From contig NC_091994.1 of the NCBI RefSeq assembly GCF_044704955.1, forward strand, positions 92,318,001 to 92,382,000: a stretch of DNA of 64,000 nucleotides, read 5' to 3'. Position numbers and translations under genes: made by a program. Source of the stretch: Pristiophorus japonicus (Eukaryota). This document shows positions 1 through 12,800 of the stretch, one piece after another (the first letter of the stretch is position 1; each line of letters starts with the position of its first letter). The notes beneath the pieces were generated by a model. It had not been told where the DNA came from, ran no database searches, and was given only the letters and a program-made list of their open reading frames with translations.

Positions 1-505
1 TTTTAGAGAAGAGCACAATCAACTAGCATCGAGGTGATGATCTTGCGAGCCCAGTTCTGGTGGGCTGGACGTGTCATCCGCATGGATGAGTCAAGGATCC
101 CTCGTCAGCTTTTTCACGGCGAGCTTTGTGAAGGTCGAAGGCACCAGGGGCGCCCCCGCAAGCGCTACAAAGATTGCATCAAGGCTAACCTCCAGTACTG
201 TGGCATCCAACCAAAGGACCTTGAGAATACAGCAGCTAATAAAATCTAGTGGCGAATCCTTATGAGGACTGCCTGCCAGACCTTTGAAGAAAGCCGATGT
301 CAACGCCTGCGGGACACTAGAGATAGACGACATCAGGTGGCAGTACCGCCAGCATCAGGCACATCGAACTTCCCTTGTCCAACGTGCAAGAGACTATGTG
401 CATCTAGAATTGGCCTATACAACTACTTGAAGACACATGCCATTGGTGATTAGCACATCAACGTCTTTGTTGGATACGATAGACTACCAAGACAAGACTT
501 TCAAC
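1..505 (+). mobile_element. RTE-clade LINE, 3' end of ORF2 (degenerate)
   Basis: Translations RAQFWWAGRVIRMDESRIPRQLFHGEL...GRPRKRYKD and CPTCKRLCASRIGLYNYLKTH match the RTE C-terminus with its terminal C2H2-like motif. The frame is broken near 248. Confidence 0.8.
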
Positions 506-509
506 AAGT

Positions 510-975
510 CTCGATGGGCTGAATGGTCTCCTTTTGTGCTGCATCATTCTATGATTTTCATAATGGATCGCAAGCTGGCTACAAAATAGAAAATAGAGTT
601 TTCCTAAATTCCTAGAGATATTTAAAATTATGAAAAGGGTTGATAGGGTAGATGCAGAGAAGATGTGTCTACTTGTGGGGGAAACCAAAACTAGGGGGCA
701 TAAATATAAGATAGTCATTCATAAATCCAATAGGGAATTCAGGAGAAATTTATTTACCCAGAGAATAGTTAGAATGTGGAACTCCCTACCACAAGTTGAA
801 GTGAATAAGACAGATGCATATAAGGGAAAGCTAGAAAAACACATGAGGGAGGAAGGAATAGAAGGATATGCTGATGAAGATGAAGATGGTCGGGAGGAGG
901 GTCGTATGGAGCATAAACACCGGCATAGACCAATTATGCTAATGGCTTGTTTCTGTGCTGTACATTCGATGTAAA
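510..975 (+). mobile_element. CR1 LINE 3' fragments
   Basis: ORF 630-974 encodes the CR1 ORF2 C-terminus (TRGHKYKI...RRNLFTQRIVRMWNSLP). A CR1-type tail gatgggctgaatgg...ttctatgatt lies at ~513-555. Confidence 0.8.
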
Positions 976-1184
976 TATTTGTATTAAGGGAAATACAATC
1001 AGAATAGCACTATTATCTGTTATTGTTTCCTGACCGTAAACTCCCAGACTCATCTGGTGCCACTCACATGCATCGACCCTCCCCTAGGTTTAAGGACAGG
1101 TATTGTCTCTCCACTTCTTTATTCTATTTTCTCTCCCGCGTCGTATTTCTTCATTCTCTCTCTTTCTCTGTCATAGGAATATCA

Positions 1185-2240
1185 GAACAGGAGCCCGCTC
1201 TACCAGTTTGATCTTATTTTAATCCCATTTCCCTGCCTTTTCTCCTGGTCCCTTCAGACCTTTACTTCCCAGATACCCATCTTCTGCTTAAACACCGAGG
1301 TTGGTTTGGTATCTATGACCCCCGGCCGGTATTCCCCACAGTCTTGTAACTGTTGGAAGACTTTTTCCTGGGATCGCTTTTAACTGCTTAACTTGAAATT
1401 TACGTTCGTGGCTCCCTGTTCTGGGTCTCCCTTACTGGAAACAAGAATCATACCCCATCTATGTAGTCAAGTCCTTTCATTATTTTAAACACTTGACTCA
1501 AATGTTCCTCCAAACTCCTCACCCCCAGAGGCTACAATCCAAATGTGCTCAGTCTCTCACCATAACTCCGTCCCAACAAGCCAGGGACCATCCTGTTGAA
1601 TTGTTTCTGGGCTTTATCTAAACCAGTATATTATTCCCAAATTCGGGTGCCAAGAATGAACACCATATTCCACATGAGATCTGACCAAAACTCTTTACAG
1701 TCGCTGTGATCCTTCCTTGTTTATATAGTCTAACATCTCATTAACCTTTTTGATCATTTTTTGCATTTTAGTTAGCTTTTATTGACGAATACCTGGATCT
1801 CTTCGTTCATATATCGACCCGAATGCTTCCCTATAGAGACTGCACTCCTATTGCCTATCTTGGTACATGTACTACCTCACATCTTACGTTAAACTGCATC
1901 CGCCACCGTTTGCTCACTCCTAATCTATCGCCCCCCTTTTACAATATTCTACCCTCCACAATTCTCTCGCTTCCCAGGTTAGTATCTTAGATATCCTCCT
2001 CTCTATTCCTAAAACATGCCAGCTTACAGTTCTCGCACCGTTGCCTTGTGGTCGCCAATCTGAGAAAGTTCCCTTTATCCCAACTCAATATTCCCAACCA
2101 GTTTTCTATCCATATCACGAGGCTACCTCGGTTAGCTAGCTGGACCAAACCTTCTCGCATGTATACCAAATTCCATTCATTTCCCTCCATCACCTCCTCC
2201 GCAACCCTGTTCGGACCAAGAACCCATTAGTTGGAATGAC
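1185..2240 (-). mobile_element. Old, highly degraded CR1 LINE
   Basis: Minus-strand RT remnants (WIENWL in ORF 1987-2193) and decayed similarity to the younger CR1 copies in the window. Confidence 0.55.
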
Positions 2241-2319
2241 CTCCTATCCCGTTTCATATCTTTTTGTTTGTATTTGCTCTTCTGTTTCTCTTGTTGCATT
2301 TCTTTATTCTTCCAGTCTG

Positions 2320-3130
2320 TGCCCGCCCCCGTCTGTCGCTGACATCATTGTCGGGAGCGCGCCCTGGGAGCGCGGATGCTCAGCTCTGTCCCAGTCTCTG
2401 GGATATTGAATCTTCGGTTCCATCAGATTGTGGGAAGCGGCCGTTCTCTGTGCCCCGTCCCCGGGAGACAGACAGGTAGGCAGTGTCCGGAGCGGCGGCG
2501 ATGCTCAGTCCCAAACAACGCCCTGTTTTCATGTTATTCAGGGCGAGGTCTGTCCGTTCACCTTATCGCACCTGCAGCCGACTATAAATGGCTCTTTGAG
2601 CATTTTCAGAATGTTTTGTGTTTATTGGAGCAGAGACAATAGCAGGTTGTTGTCAGAATGAAAGTGTGTGTGAGTGTGTCGCTCTGTGCTTGTCTGTCTG
2701 TGTGTGTGTGTGTGTGTCTGTCAGTGTCTGCACCTCGCTGTCTCTCTCAAGTCGGTGGACAGGAACCCAATCTGTGTCTAATTTGTTTTCTCCCAAACTG
2801 AGAAGCGGACCAAGGTGTGTTGTGTGCCGGCCGAGGTGGGGAGCGATGAACATGTATTGTGTGGTTGGGTGTGTAGAAAAGACCTTGCTGTTAAATCGCT
2901 GAATTTAGTTGCCAATAGCTTGTGTTCAGATTGGAAAAGGTGTGTTCCTGGCTTGTGTTTTCAGTGAGGTGCTCGGGATTTGTGGAGGAGCAGAAGTTCG
3001 TGCACTGTTTTAACCCTGGTGCTAGATGTGTGCGGGTATTGGTGACTGAGGGTATTGGACGGTCTGCACGGCGATTGGACTCCGCCAGTGCTTTGAACAT
3101 TTGACCAGACCCCGGGGACGAGAGCGGAGA
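2320..3130 (+). promoter_or_regulatory. Candidate DRAXIN promoter / non-coding first exon (CpG-rich)
   Basis: Locally CpG-rich unique sequence upstream of the first coding exon. Donor-like ACAG|GTAGGC at 2475/2476 and TATAAAT at 2583-2589. The first coding exon has an acceptor at 6329/6330, implying an upstream exon. Confidence 0.35.
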
Positions 3131-3644
3131 TGATGCACATGTTTAATGAGATTTATAAACAATGCCTTCTGGATCTGACACCAAGGACGTTCCTGATAGT
3201 TAATGTGCGTTTGGTTTGAAGCCGATTGTGGAGGTGATGCCGGAGAGCTGGAATTCTGCGGGTGTGTGTTGGGGGGTTGGGGGGTTGGGGGGCGGGGGGG
3301 GGGGTAACTTACTGAAGATGCTGCAAATTAATCTTGTGATGTTTGGTGTTAGAGCAGATGGGAGGTGAGAGAGTGTCTCCACGGGGAGCTACAGATAATT
3401 AACATTATCCCCGGGGGCTGGGGAGATGTCCGTTCAAGAATAGAGATGTTAAATCTGAATAATTCCTAAAGAATATAATTATCATTTCAAATCTATTACT
3501 TTCTCAACCTTTTGAACAATCACACATTTATTTCGATATAAAGCTATATTGTTGTATTGTGATTGTGTGAGGCGTGTTTTTGCAAAGCCTAATTCTCAAT
3601 CACAGTGTTTCCTTTTATTTTCCTCTATCTAACAACCCCCCGCC

Positions 3645-3965
3645 CCCTTCTCCTGAAGGTGCCTTCCTTGCTAGGGTACAGTTGCATGAATGCATTAACC
3701 AACCAAGTTGTTGTTCGCCCAGACACTGAGTGCAGACACCATATTCAGCATAGTAGGATCACCATTGACTCAAATCCTGTCCTCATCCTTTGCACGCACA
3801 CACACACATGCAATTTCCAGCGGGAGGCACTGGACGGTATTCAGGACCAGATTTCACGCCTGATTTTCCTCTCCCTAACCCCGGGGCACTAAATATCAGC
3901 CATGTGCTTATCAACAATACTGAATAATTTCCTGCAGCAATGACTCCTACAAGCTCACTCACTGC
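3645..3965 (-). mobile_element. Old SINE-like interspersed repeat, unnamed family (copy 1)
   Basis: Shares blocks (cctgaaggtgc; ttccagc..g..cactgga; ctgatttt..ccctaaccc) with copies at ~25500, ~29415, ~38095 and ~56460. Confidence 0.5.
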
Positions 3966-4002
3966 CACAATGAAACATGGAAGGAAAGAACTAGCAGGAA
4001 CT

Positions 4003-4372
4003 ACAGGGCTTGACAGGGTAGATGCAGGGAGGATGTTTCCTCTGGCTGGGCAGTCTTGAACCAGGGGTCACAGTCTCAGAATAAGGAGTCGGCTATTTAG
4101 GACTGAGATGAGGAGAAACTTCTTCGCTCAGAGGGTGGTGAATCTTTGGAATTCTCTACTGCAGAGTGCTGTGGAGGCTCAGTCTTTGAGTATATTCAAG
4201 GCAGCGATTGATAGATTTTTGGATATTAAGGGAATCAAGGGATATGGGGATAGGGAAGGAAAGTGGAGTTGAGGTAGAAGATCAGCCATGATCTAATTGA
4301 ATGTCGGAGCAGGCTCGAAGGGCAAAACAGCCTACTCCTGCTTCTAGTTCATATGTTTTTCTGTTATGTTCT
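4003..4372 (+). mobile_element. CR1 LINE 3' end
   Basis: ORF2 C-terminal remnant (agggtggtgaatctttggaattctct) followed by the CR1 3' UTR agatcagccatgatc...ggagcaggctcga...cctactcctg and a (ttatgttc)-type tail. Confidence 0.85.
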
Positions 4373-5504
4373 TATTTTATATAACACCTTTCACAACCTC
4401 AGGATGTGCCAAAGTGCTTCACAGTCAGTGAAATACTTTCAACTGTAGTCCCTATTGTAATGCAGGAAACAGATGACCATACAGGGTGATGTGTTTCAGG
4501 AGGGGACATGATGGGTTCAAAGTTACTACATTATGCACCATGTCGGTTTGTGATACCAAAAGGAGTTAGTGAGCAAAAAGCTTTGCGTTCCGCTAGAAAC
4601 ATGAAGCCACACATATCTCCTGCCAGCTGACATTGTGCCATTGCACAGGTGTGAAACCTGACCACTGCCGCTCCTCTTGGCTGGGGACTGGATGAAGTAT
4701 GGGGAAGGGGGAAGAAGTGACCGTAAGCACAAGCGATAAAAAGTCATGTCAAAAATTAAACAAATCATTTATAGAGAGGCTGCAATGCGGAGGCTTTTGC
4801 TTCACTGTTGGGATGTAGAAGCAGGCACAAGACCAACCCTGCATTACGGGTATGTTAACAATGAGAGAGAAAAATTACATTTTACCACTCGTGTCTCATG
4901 ACGTGGAAACATTATTTAATTATTGAGATTATCAGCAACAGCAAACCCACCCTCACTCTTTGAAAGAGCTAGCGCAGACTCAATGGGCTGGATGGCCTCC
5001 TTCTGTGCTGTACTATTCTATGATTGTCACTCAGTTCCTATCCCACATTCTGCCCCATCCTATCCCAGCCCTGTACAGTCTTAGACTTAGCAAAAAAAAA
5101 GCACCCCTGGCCATGCTGTTACATCAGCTTTGAATTTTTGATCTCTGGGATGGAGAAAATTCTGAATGAAATGGGAAAGAAGTGTGAGTGCAGCCCACCA
5201 TCACCCTTCACTGAGTCACAATTGACCAAGTAGATTGGGGTGGCCTGTAAATATCACAGAGCATGACGCAAGCATGATAACAGCAGATGTTTAAGTTTTG
5301 TTGATCATTTTGCCAATTTCTTCCCTTAGTCCTATTACTTTTCTGAAGGCGCCACCTATTGTTGGGATATGGGATCCAGCAGGGGTCATTGCACAATAAC
5401 CCAGTTGAATTTCCCCCTCATTGTAGCCCAGGGATGCTGAGGCAAATTGGAATGCTCCTACAATCATTTTGATTGACATGAGCTGAATCTGAATCTGAAT
5501 CAAA

Positions 5505-6103
5505 GGAAGTTATGATGAATATTTACATAACACTGGTTCGGCCTCAACTGGAGTATTGTGTCCAATTCTGGGCACCACACTTTAGGAAGGGTGTGAAGAC
5601 CTTAGCGAGAGTGCAGAAAAGATTTACGAGAATGATTCCAGGAATGAGGGACTTCAGTTACGTGGATAGACTGGAAAAGCTGGGTTTGTTCGTTCTTCTT
5701 GGAGCAGAGAAGGTTGAGAGTAGATTTGATAAAGGTGTTCAAAATCATGATGGGTCTAGACAGAGTAGATAGAGAGAAACTGTTCCTATTGGCAGAAGGG
5801 TCAAGAACCAGAGGATACAGATTTAAGGTGATTGGCAAAAGAACCAAAGATGACATAAGGAAAAACTTTTTTAATGCAGTGAGTGGTTAGGATCTGGAAT
5901 GCACTGCCTGAAAGGGTAATGGAGGCAGATTCAATCGTGACTTTCAAAGGGAATTGGATAAGTACCTGAAGAAAAGTAAATTGCAGGGGTACGTGGAAAG
6001 GGCGGGGGAGTGGGACTAGCTGAAGTACTCTTGCAGAGAGCTGACACAGGCTCAACACGCCAAATGGCCTCCTTCTATGCTATAAACATTCTATGATTCT
6101 ATG
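5505..6103 (+). mobile_element. CR1 LINE 3' fragment
   Basis: ORF 5512: [16 protein letters not shown]...QKRFTRMIPG...RLEKLGLF; tail ttctatgattctatga. Confidence 0.85.
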
Positions 6104-6347
6104 AAATAGTCGAGCATTGAATTGCAAACCCTTTCCTGCAACTGGATAGTTATGCATAGCATTTACCATCTGAACTCTTGGGGGAACTTTGATTGGTCTT
6201 TGCACACACTAAAGCTGAATATCGAAAGTGGCACTGGTGGTTAATCTGTTCCTCAATGTTGTACAGATCATGATGTAATCAGCAGTTGAAACCAAACTCT
6301 CTGGCTCACCTCACATGTTTCTTCTTCAGATTAATCGTGTGAAGAAA

Positions 6348-6819
6348 ATGGCTCACTGGCACCTCATGCCTCCTTTCCTCTTCTTCTTGGCTATTGATGG
6401 TCTGAGCCAGGTCTGTGCTCTGGAAGCTGGCACCAGAGGAAAGAAAAGCACACTGCAGCCACCAGACAGCAGCAATAATCTGAAGAGACACGAGACCTGG
6501 TCCGACCCATCCAGACCAGGCCACAAACATGGCGTACAGAGGAAGGATAAGGCCAACACCATGATAACCAGAGTGCTGGAGGCAGACAGACCAGATGAGG
6601 ACAGTGTGGGACTGGAGAGTCTGACTCCAGTGCGAGTGGAGATAGACAGTCTGGAGAGAACATCAGCAATGCAGCAGGAGAGAGTTGTAGGCCAGAGAGG
6701 TCAGTTTTATCCCCGAGAACCAGAAAATTACTCGACAGGAGAGTCTGCAAATAAGGGGAAAAAACACCACAGAGATCACAAGAAGCCAAATCGGAGAGAG
6801 CGAGCCCGACACAGTAAGG
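6348..6819 (+). CDS. DRAXIN: DRAXIN coding exon 1 ([18 protein letters not shown]...RHSKG)
   Basis: Acceptor cttcttcag at 6329, ATG 6348, hydrophobic leader, [12 protein letters not shown] motif and basic tract; donor G|GTAAGA at 6819/6820 (phase 1). Confidence 0.9.
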
Positions 6820-9800
6820 GTAAGAGGGACCTTAGAGACGACAGTGAAAAATAGGGTTATCATTTTCAATATTTTTCACGAGTAGAAAAGATTCTCTAGC
6901 ATTGGAACTAACCAGACAAACTTATTTTATAAAATATACTATTTTTAAACTACAATAATTAAATACGATTATAGAAAATCCAATTAGTCCATTGATAGCT
7001 CAAGGGTCTATAATTTTTCTTTAGATTTATTAAATAGTAAATTCAAAACTTCTATCAAGAACAATAAACTCAGAAGTGGGTCTGTGATTAATGTCCAGAG
7101 TTTGATTATTTCACAATTTTTCTATCTTGTCATGTTCCAATTGCTCAGTCTGTGCATCTTCCACCCTCCATAAACTTCAGCTCATCTAAAACTCTGCTGC
7201 CCATTCCCGCAGCATGTCCCATTCACCCATTACCCCTGTCCTCTCAGATCTACATTGTCTTCCTTGACATTTCAATTTAAAATTCGCACAGTTGTATTTA
7301 AATTCCTTCCCCTCGCCCCTCCCTACCTCTAAAACCTCCTCCAGCTCAACAACTCCTCTGACTCCAGCCTTTTGTACATTCCCCTTCTTGTCCCACCATT
7401 TGTGGCTGTGCTTTCAGCCGTTAAGATCCTATTTGCTGGAATTTCCTCTCTTAAACCCTTCTGCCTCTCCACCTCTCTCTCCTTCTTTAAGATCGGCCCT
7501 GAAACTCACCGCTTTAATCAAGGTTTTAGTCACCCCTCCTAATCTCTTCTTCTTTAGCTTACTGTCCTTTTTGTTCTTGCGTCTTTGGATGCTTTTCTAC
7601 ATTAAAGACACAATATACATGCAAGTTGTGTGTCTCTCTGCCTCTGCCTTTTTCTCTCTCCCTGTAACACTCTCTTCTGGCACCTCTTCCTGTCTTCCTC
7701 TCACTTCTCCTCTCTCTCCCTGTAACTCTCTCACTCTGCATAGTTTTCCTACTCTGGCTTCCTCTTACTCCCTCTGTCTGCCATTCTGTCTCCTCTTCTC
7801 CCCCTTCCATCTGTGCTCTCCCCATTATTCTTTGCCTCCCCTTTACCTATGTCTCTCTATCACTTCTTCCACTTTGTCTCTTTATCGCTCTTTCCCTCTC
7901 CCTCTGCCTATGTCCCTCTCCTTTGCTTTCTCCCCCCCTCTCTGCTCCTGTTGGTCTGTATCTCACTCACTCACTTATTGGATCTGACTCATTCCTTTAG
8001 GGCATGTGTTAAATATTCTCTTTCGATTGTCAATTGGGATTATCATTGTGTAAAACAAATTGTAGTTTTGGTCATAATTTTTTCCAGATTGAGCTGCCTG
8101 CACTCTATCTGCACTCGGCCTGTACCTCTCCCATCCCTGTCCAGGGATTGTTAATGGATATTCTGCACTTGAAATGTGAATAAATATGCATTTTAAAGTA
8201 AAAGTAATGTTCATCTGATGGTGTGGGACATTGACGGACCGAAGCACTGTGGTTATGTGCAGGGTGTGAGGTGTCAGCCACAGACCTAATAGTTTGGTGT
8301 AAGGACAATGGAGAACCTGTCCTCACCAGCAGAAAGGAGATCTGGAAAATGGAAGAAAACAGATTGGAGAAAAAACATAAATTAAAATGAAGGAGAATGT
8401 TCTCCCTGTGGTTTGATATAAACCTCACTTCTTTGTTCATTGTGTGAAATAATAATCTGGTTTTATGAGGAAGGTCACCTCTCCGACACCGCTTTTGAAA
8501 TTCAGTTGCATTTGGGTGATTGGAGGGGCCGATCCCTATGGAGTGACTGTAAAGCCCACAGCACAGACTCCCACCTATTGACCCTAATTTGGCACAACTG
8601 ACAGTGAGAGGCTTGAAGAAATGTCAACTGAGACAGTGTAGAAAGATTTCATTGCCTGTGACCTGCGTCTACCTGACCCTGTTATTTGGAGCAATGTGGT
8701 ATTTCCAGCACAGTCTTCCCTGCCCTTCAGAGCCGGACGTCCCTGATCACAGGACACCCTCGGGGGAAATCCAGCTCTTTGACAAGCTTTGTTCAGTCAG
8801 TGTGTAAAGATCTGTTTGTAACTGGCATTCTGGTCACACTGATCATTCTTGGCAAAACAATTTGCCTCCAAATTTCTCAGTTGTCTTGAAGGCTAGCATG
8901 TGATTAAAGCAAGAAGTTGCTCTGTAATGGCTTTTGGAAATGTATCGAGAGCACCAATAGATTGTCCAGATCTACAACTTTTATATTAGCTCAAAGCCCT
9001 CTCATAATGCCATTGAGTAACAATGAGAGAGAGGCAACCTTCTCTTCTGATAATTTGTGCCTAGGGCTGTGTGTTTTTCATGCCCTGTGTGGGTTACATG
9101 GATTGGTCGGATAGATCCTTCAAAATTAATCTAAACCGGCCAATGAATTCTCTGCTAAAATCACTGACTTCAACAGCAGGACTTTATTAAAGAGACACTG
9201 AATGGCAAGGGGTGTAAAACTGGGTATTCCCATTTCATTTTTATCGGCTCTCTGTGCCAGTACAATGTGCGCAGGGAGCCGAGAGAGTAGGCTGATCATT
9301 GGCCTAGGGGAAGGTAAACCTGGCCAGGCAGCAGCTATTCAAGGGCTACTGCTAGTCCTTAAAGGGAGTGTTTGTTTTTTGTTTCTTCACAAATCATTTA
9401 AGTTGTTAGTGCAACAGAGGTCCAAGTGTAGGAAGTGTTGCCAAGGTGGGTGAACATGGGGGTCAGGCTGTTTGGGCGGAGGTGGGGATCACACTGTTTG
9501 GACGGAGGTGGGGGGGGGGTCACACTGTTTGGACGAAGGTGGGGGGTCACACTGTTTGGACGGAGGTGGGGAGTCACACTGTTTGGGCGGAGGTGAGGAT
9601 CACACTGTTTGGATGGAGGTGGGGGGTCACACTGTTTGGACGGAGGTGGGGGGTCACACTGTTTGGATGGAGGTGGGGGGTCACACTGTTTGGATGGAGG
9701 TGGGGGGTCACACTGTTTGGATGGAGGTGGGGGGTCACACTGTTTGGGTGAAGGTCACTGTTTGGGGGGAGCTGAGGGTCACTGTTTGGGTGGAGGTGGG

Positions 9801-12800
9801 GTCACTGTTTGGGTGGAGGTGGGGTCACTGTTTGGGTGGAGTTGGGGGGTCACGTTGTTTGGGTGGAGTTGGGGGGGTCACGTTGTTTGGGTGGAGTTGG
9901 GGGTCACGTTGTTTGGGTGGAGTTGGGGGTCACGTTGTTTGGGTGGAGTTGGGGGTCACGTTGTTTGGGTGGAGTTGGGGGTCACGTTGTTTGGGTGGAG
10001 TTGGGGGTCACGTTGTTTGGGTGGAGTTGGGGGTCACGCTGTTTGGGTGGAGGTGGGGTCACGCTGTTTGGGTGGAGGTGGGGTCACGCTGTTTGGGTGG
10101 AGGTGGGGTCACGCTGTTTGGGTGGAGGTGGGGTCATGCTGTTTGGATGGAGGTGGGGTCACGCTGTTTGGGAAGAGGTGGGGGTCACGCTGTTTGGGAA
10201 GAGGTGGGGGTCACGCTGTTTGGGAGGAGGTGGGTTCACTGAGCGGAGGTGGGGTCACGCTGTTTGGGAGGAGGTGGGGGTCACTGAGCGGAGGTGGGGT
10301 CACGCTGTTTGGATGGAGGTGGGGGTCACGCTGTTTGGGGGGAGGTGGGGTCATGCTGTTTGGGGTGAGGTGGGGTCATGCTGTTTGGGGTGAGGTGGGG
10401 TCACACTGTTTGGGGGGAGGTGGGGTCACGCTGTTTGGGGGGAGGTGGGGTCACTGTTTGTTTGGGGGGAGGTGGGGTCATGCTGTTTGGGGGGAGGTGG
10501 GGGTCGCTGTTTGGGCGGAGGTGGGGTCACTGGGCGGAGGTGGGGTCACTGGGCGGAGGTGGGGGTCACTGTTTGGGCGGAGGTGGAGTCACTGGGCGGA
10601 GATGGGGGTCACTGTTTGGGCGGAGGTGGGGGTCACGCTGTTTGGGGGAGGTGGGGGTCACGCTGTTTGGGCGGAGGTGGGGTCACTGTTTGGGAGGAGG
10701 AGGGGTCACTGTTTGGGGGGAGGTGGGGTCACTGTTTTGGCAGAGGTGGGGTCACTGTTTGGGGGAGGTGGGGGTCACGCTGTTTGGGCAGAGGTGGGGT
10801 CACTGTTTGGGGGAGGTGGGGTCACTGGGCAGAGGTGGGGTCACTGTTTGGGGGGAGGTAGGGTTCACGCTGTTTGGGGAGAGGTGGGGGTCACGCTGTT
10901 TGGGGGAGGTGTGGGTCATGCTGCTTGGGGGGAGGTGCGGGTCACTGTTTGGGGGGAGGTGGGGGTCACTGTTTGGGCGGAGGTGAGGTCACTGTTTGGG
11001 GGGAGGTGGGGTCACTATTGGGGTGGAGGTGGCCCAGAGTGACCAATCTCCCATATGCTACAGAAGAAGTTTCTGGGATTCAGGAGGTGTGTCAATGTAA
11101 GTATACGTTTTTACAACATTATTACTATTGGAGCCTAGCACATCTGGCACTAACCAAAACTGAAAGCTGCAGCACCCTAAGGGACTCAGCATGCAAAGTA
11201 TGAAGACAAATGTTTCATCTTTTCTACAGACTTTATTGCAGAGAATTTCTAGGTTGCAATTTTGGAGTATGACACACAAACTTTGAAGCAGCATTGCCAT
11301 TAGAAGCGATATTGGAATGTTGTCTCACAAGGAAGGATATGAAGCAACCATGGGTGGCTGCTGGGACTCCACCAATCTCTAACATCTGAATATCATGAAC
11401 CTGCTTCCAGGAAACTGTGAGAGACACACTGTCAGTGGACCTCCCGATGAGGAGCATCTGCCCTCTCAGCTGGAAGTAGAAGATGCCACTGCATTATTTT
11501 GAAGAAGAGCAGGAGTGTTCTCCCCAGTGTCCTAGTCAATATTGATCCCTCAGTCAATATCACTAAAAACAGATTATCTGGCCATTATCTCATTGCTGTT
11601 TGTGGGAGCTTGCTGTGCACAAATTGGCTGTCACATTTCCTATATTACAACAGTGACTACACTTCAAAAGTTCTTCATTGACAGTAAAGCGCTTTGGGAT
11701 GTCCTAAGGTCGTGAAAGGTGCTATATAAATGCAAGCCTTCTTTTATAATTCAGGTGTCATCGCCCCTGAAATTGGTGTCCCTCATAAATTCATCCCCCT
11801 CATCTAAATCATGCGGCGCTGTTAGAATTCCCAAAGGGATTCCCGTCCTCAGCACTTAGTCATGCAAAGGGAACATCTTCCATAGCAACAAAACATATTG
11901 GAGGGAGCAGATGCTACAGTAGCTTCAGGCCAGGCCAGGGCAGTGCAGGTGTCATGGAGCCATTTTATGCACAGGTGAGTTCAGAGCCAGGGCGGAGCTC
12001 ACTGGAGCAACACAGCATTCAGCTAAGGACCTTATTAGCATACTATTTAAAAGGTGACAACCACTTCCCAGCAAAGCAGCCTCAGGATGGCCACTTTTTT
12101 TATTTCAATGTGAATCAGATGGTGAAGCTGCACAACCTATTTCATGACTTGTTCTCCTGGGCAGTGAGGCTCTATGCAACCAATAGAGCCTCATAAAACT
12201 GACCTTCCATCTGATTCACAATTCCTGTCTAATTTTAGACATAAATGGAGTTAGCCTGTTGCATGAAATTTGACCAAAAATCCCTTGAAATGCATGCAGC
12301 CATATTGATGATGGGTCAGTTGTGCCTCGTGCTGCCATCAAGTGCCAGTTAATGTGGTGCCTGTTCAAACTGAACAAATGATTGGGAATGTCACTGGGAG
12401 GTCTTTGGCCAGGAACGGTGTGTGGCATTGGGAGAGAGCAACAAACTGAAATTGGACATTTCCTAAATGTTTGAGTCTTGTGAAGAACATTTACGAGTGA
12501 TGGTGAATTTTCTTGTTAAATAATCCAGAGAGGAAGGACTTTGTCAGGGATCCACTTGTGTAGTGGATTGGCAGTGGTGCATTAGTCTGCGCTGTGCCTG
12601 GCTGGTGAGCAAACTCTGGAGATAGATAGATTCTTGAACGATAAGACAGTCAAGGGTTATGGGGGGCGGGCAGGGAAGTGGAGTTGAGGCCACGGTCAGA
12701 TTAGCCATGATCTTATTGAATGACGGAGCTGGCTCGAGGGGTGAAATGGCCTACTCCTTCTCCTATTTCTTATGTTCTTATGTTCTGTCTTGTGCCAATT

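Noticed and set aside
9446-11203. Long Gly/Trp/Val-rich ORFs (up to 477 aa)
   Set aside because: Translation of a stop-poor minisatellite, open in several frames at once.
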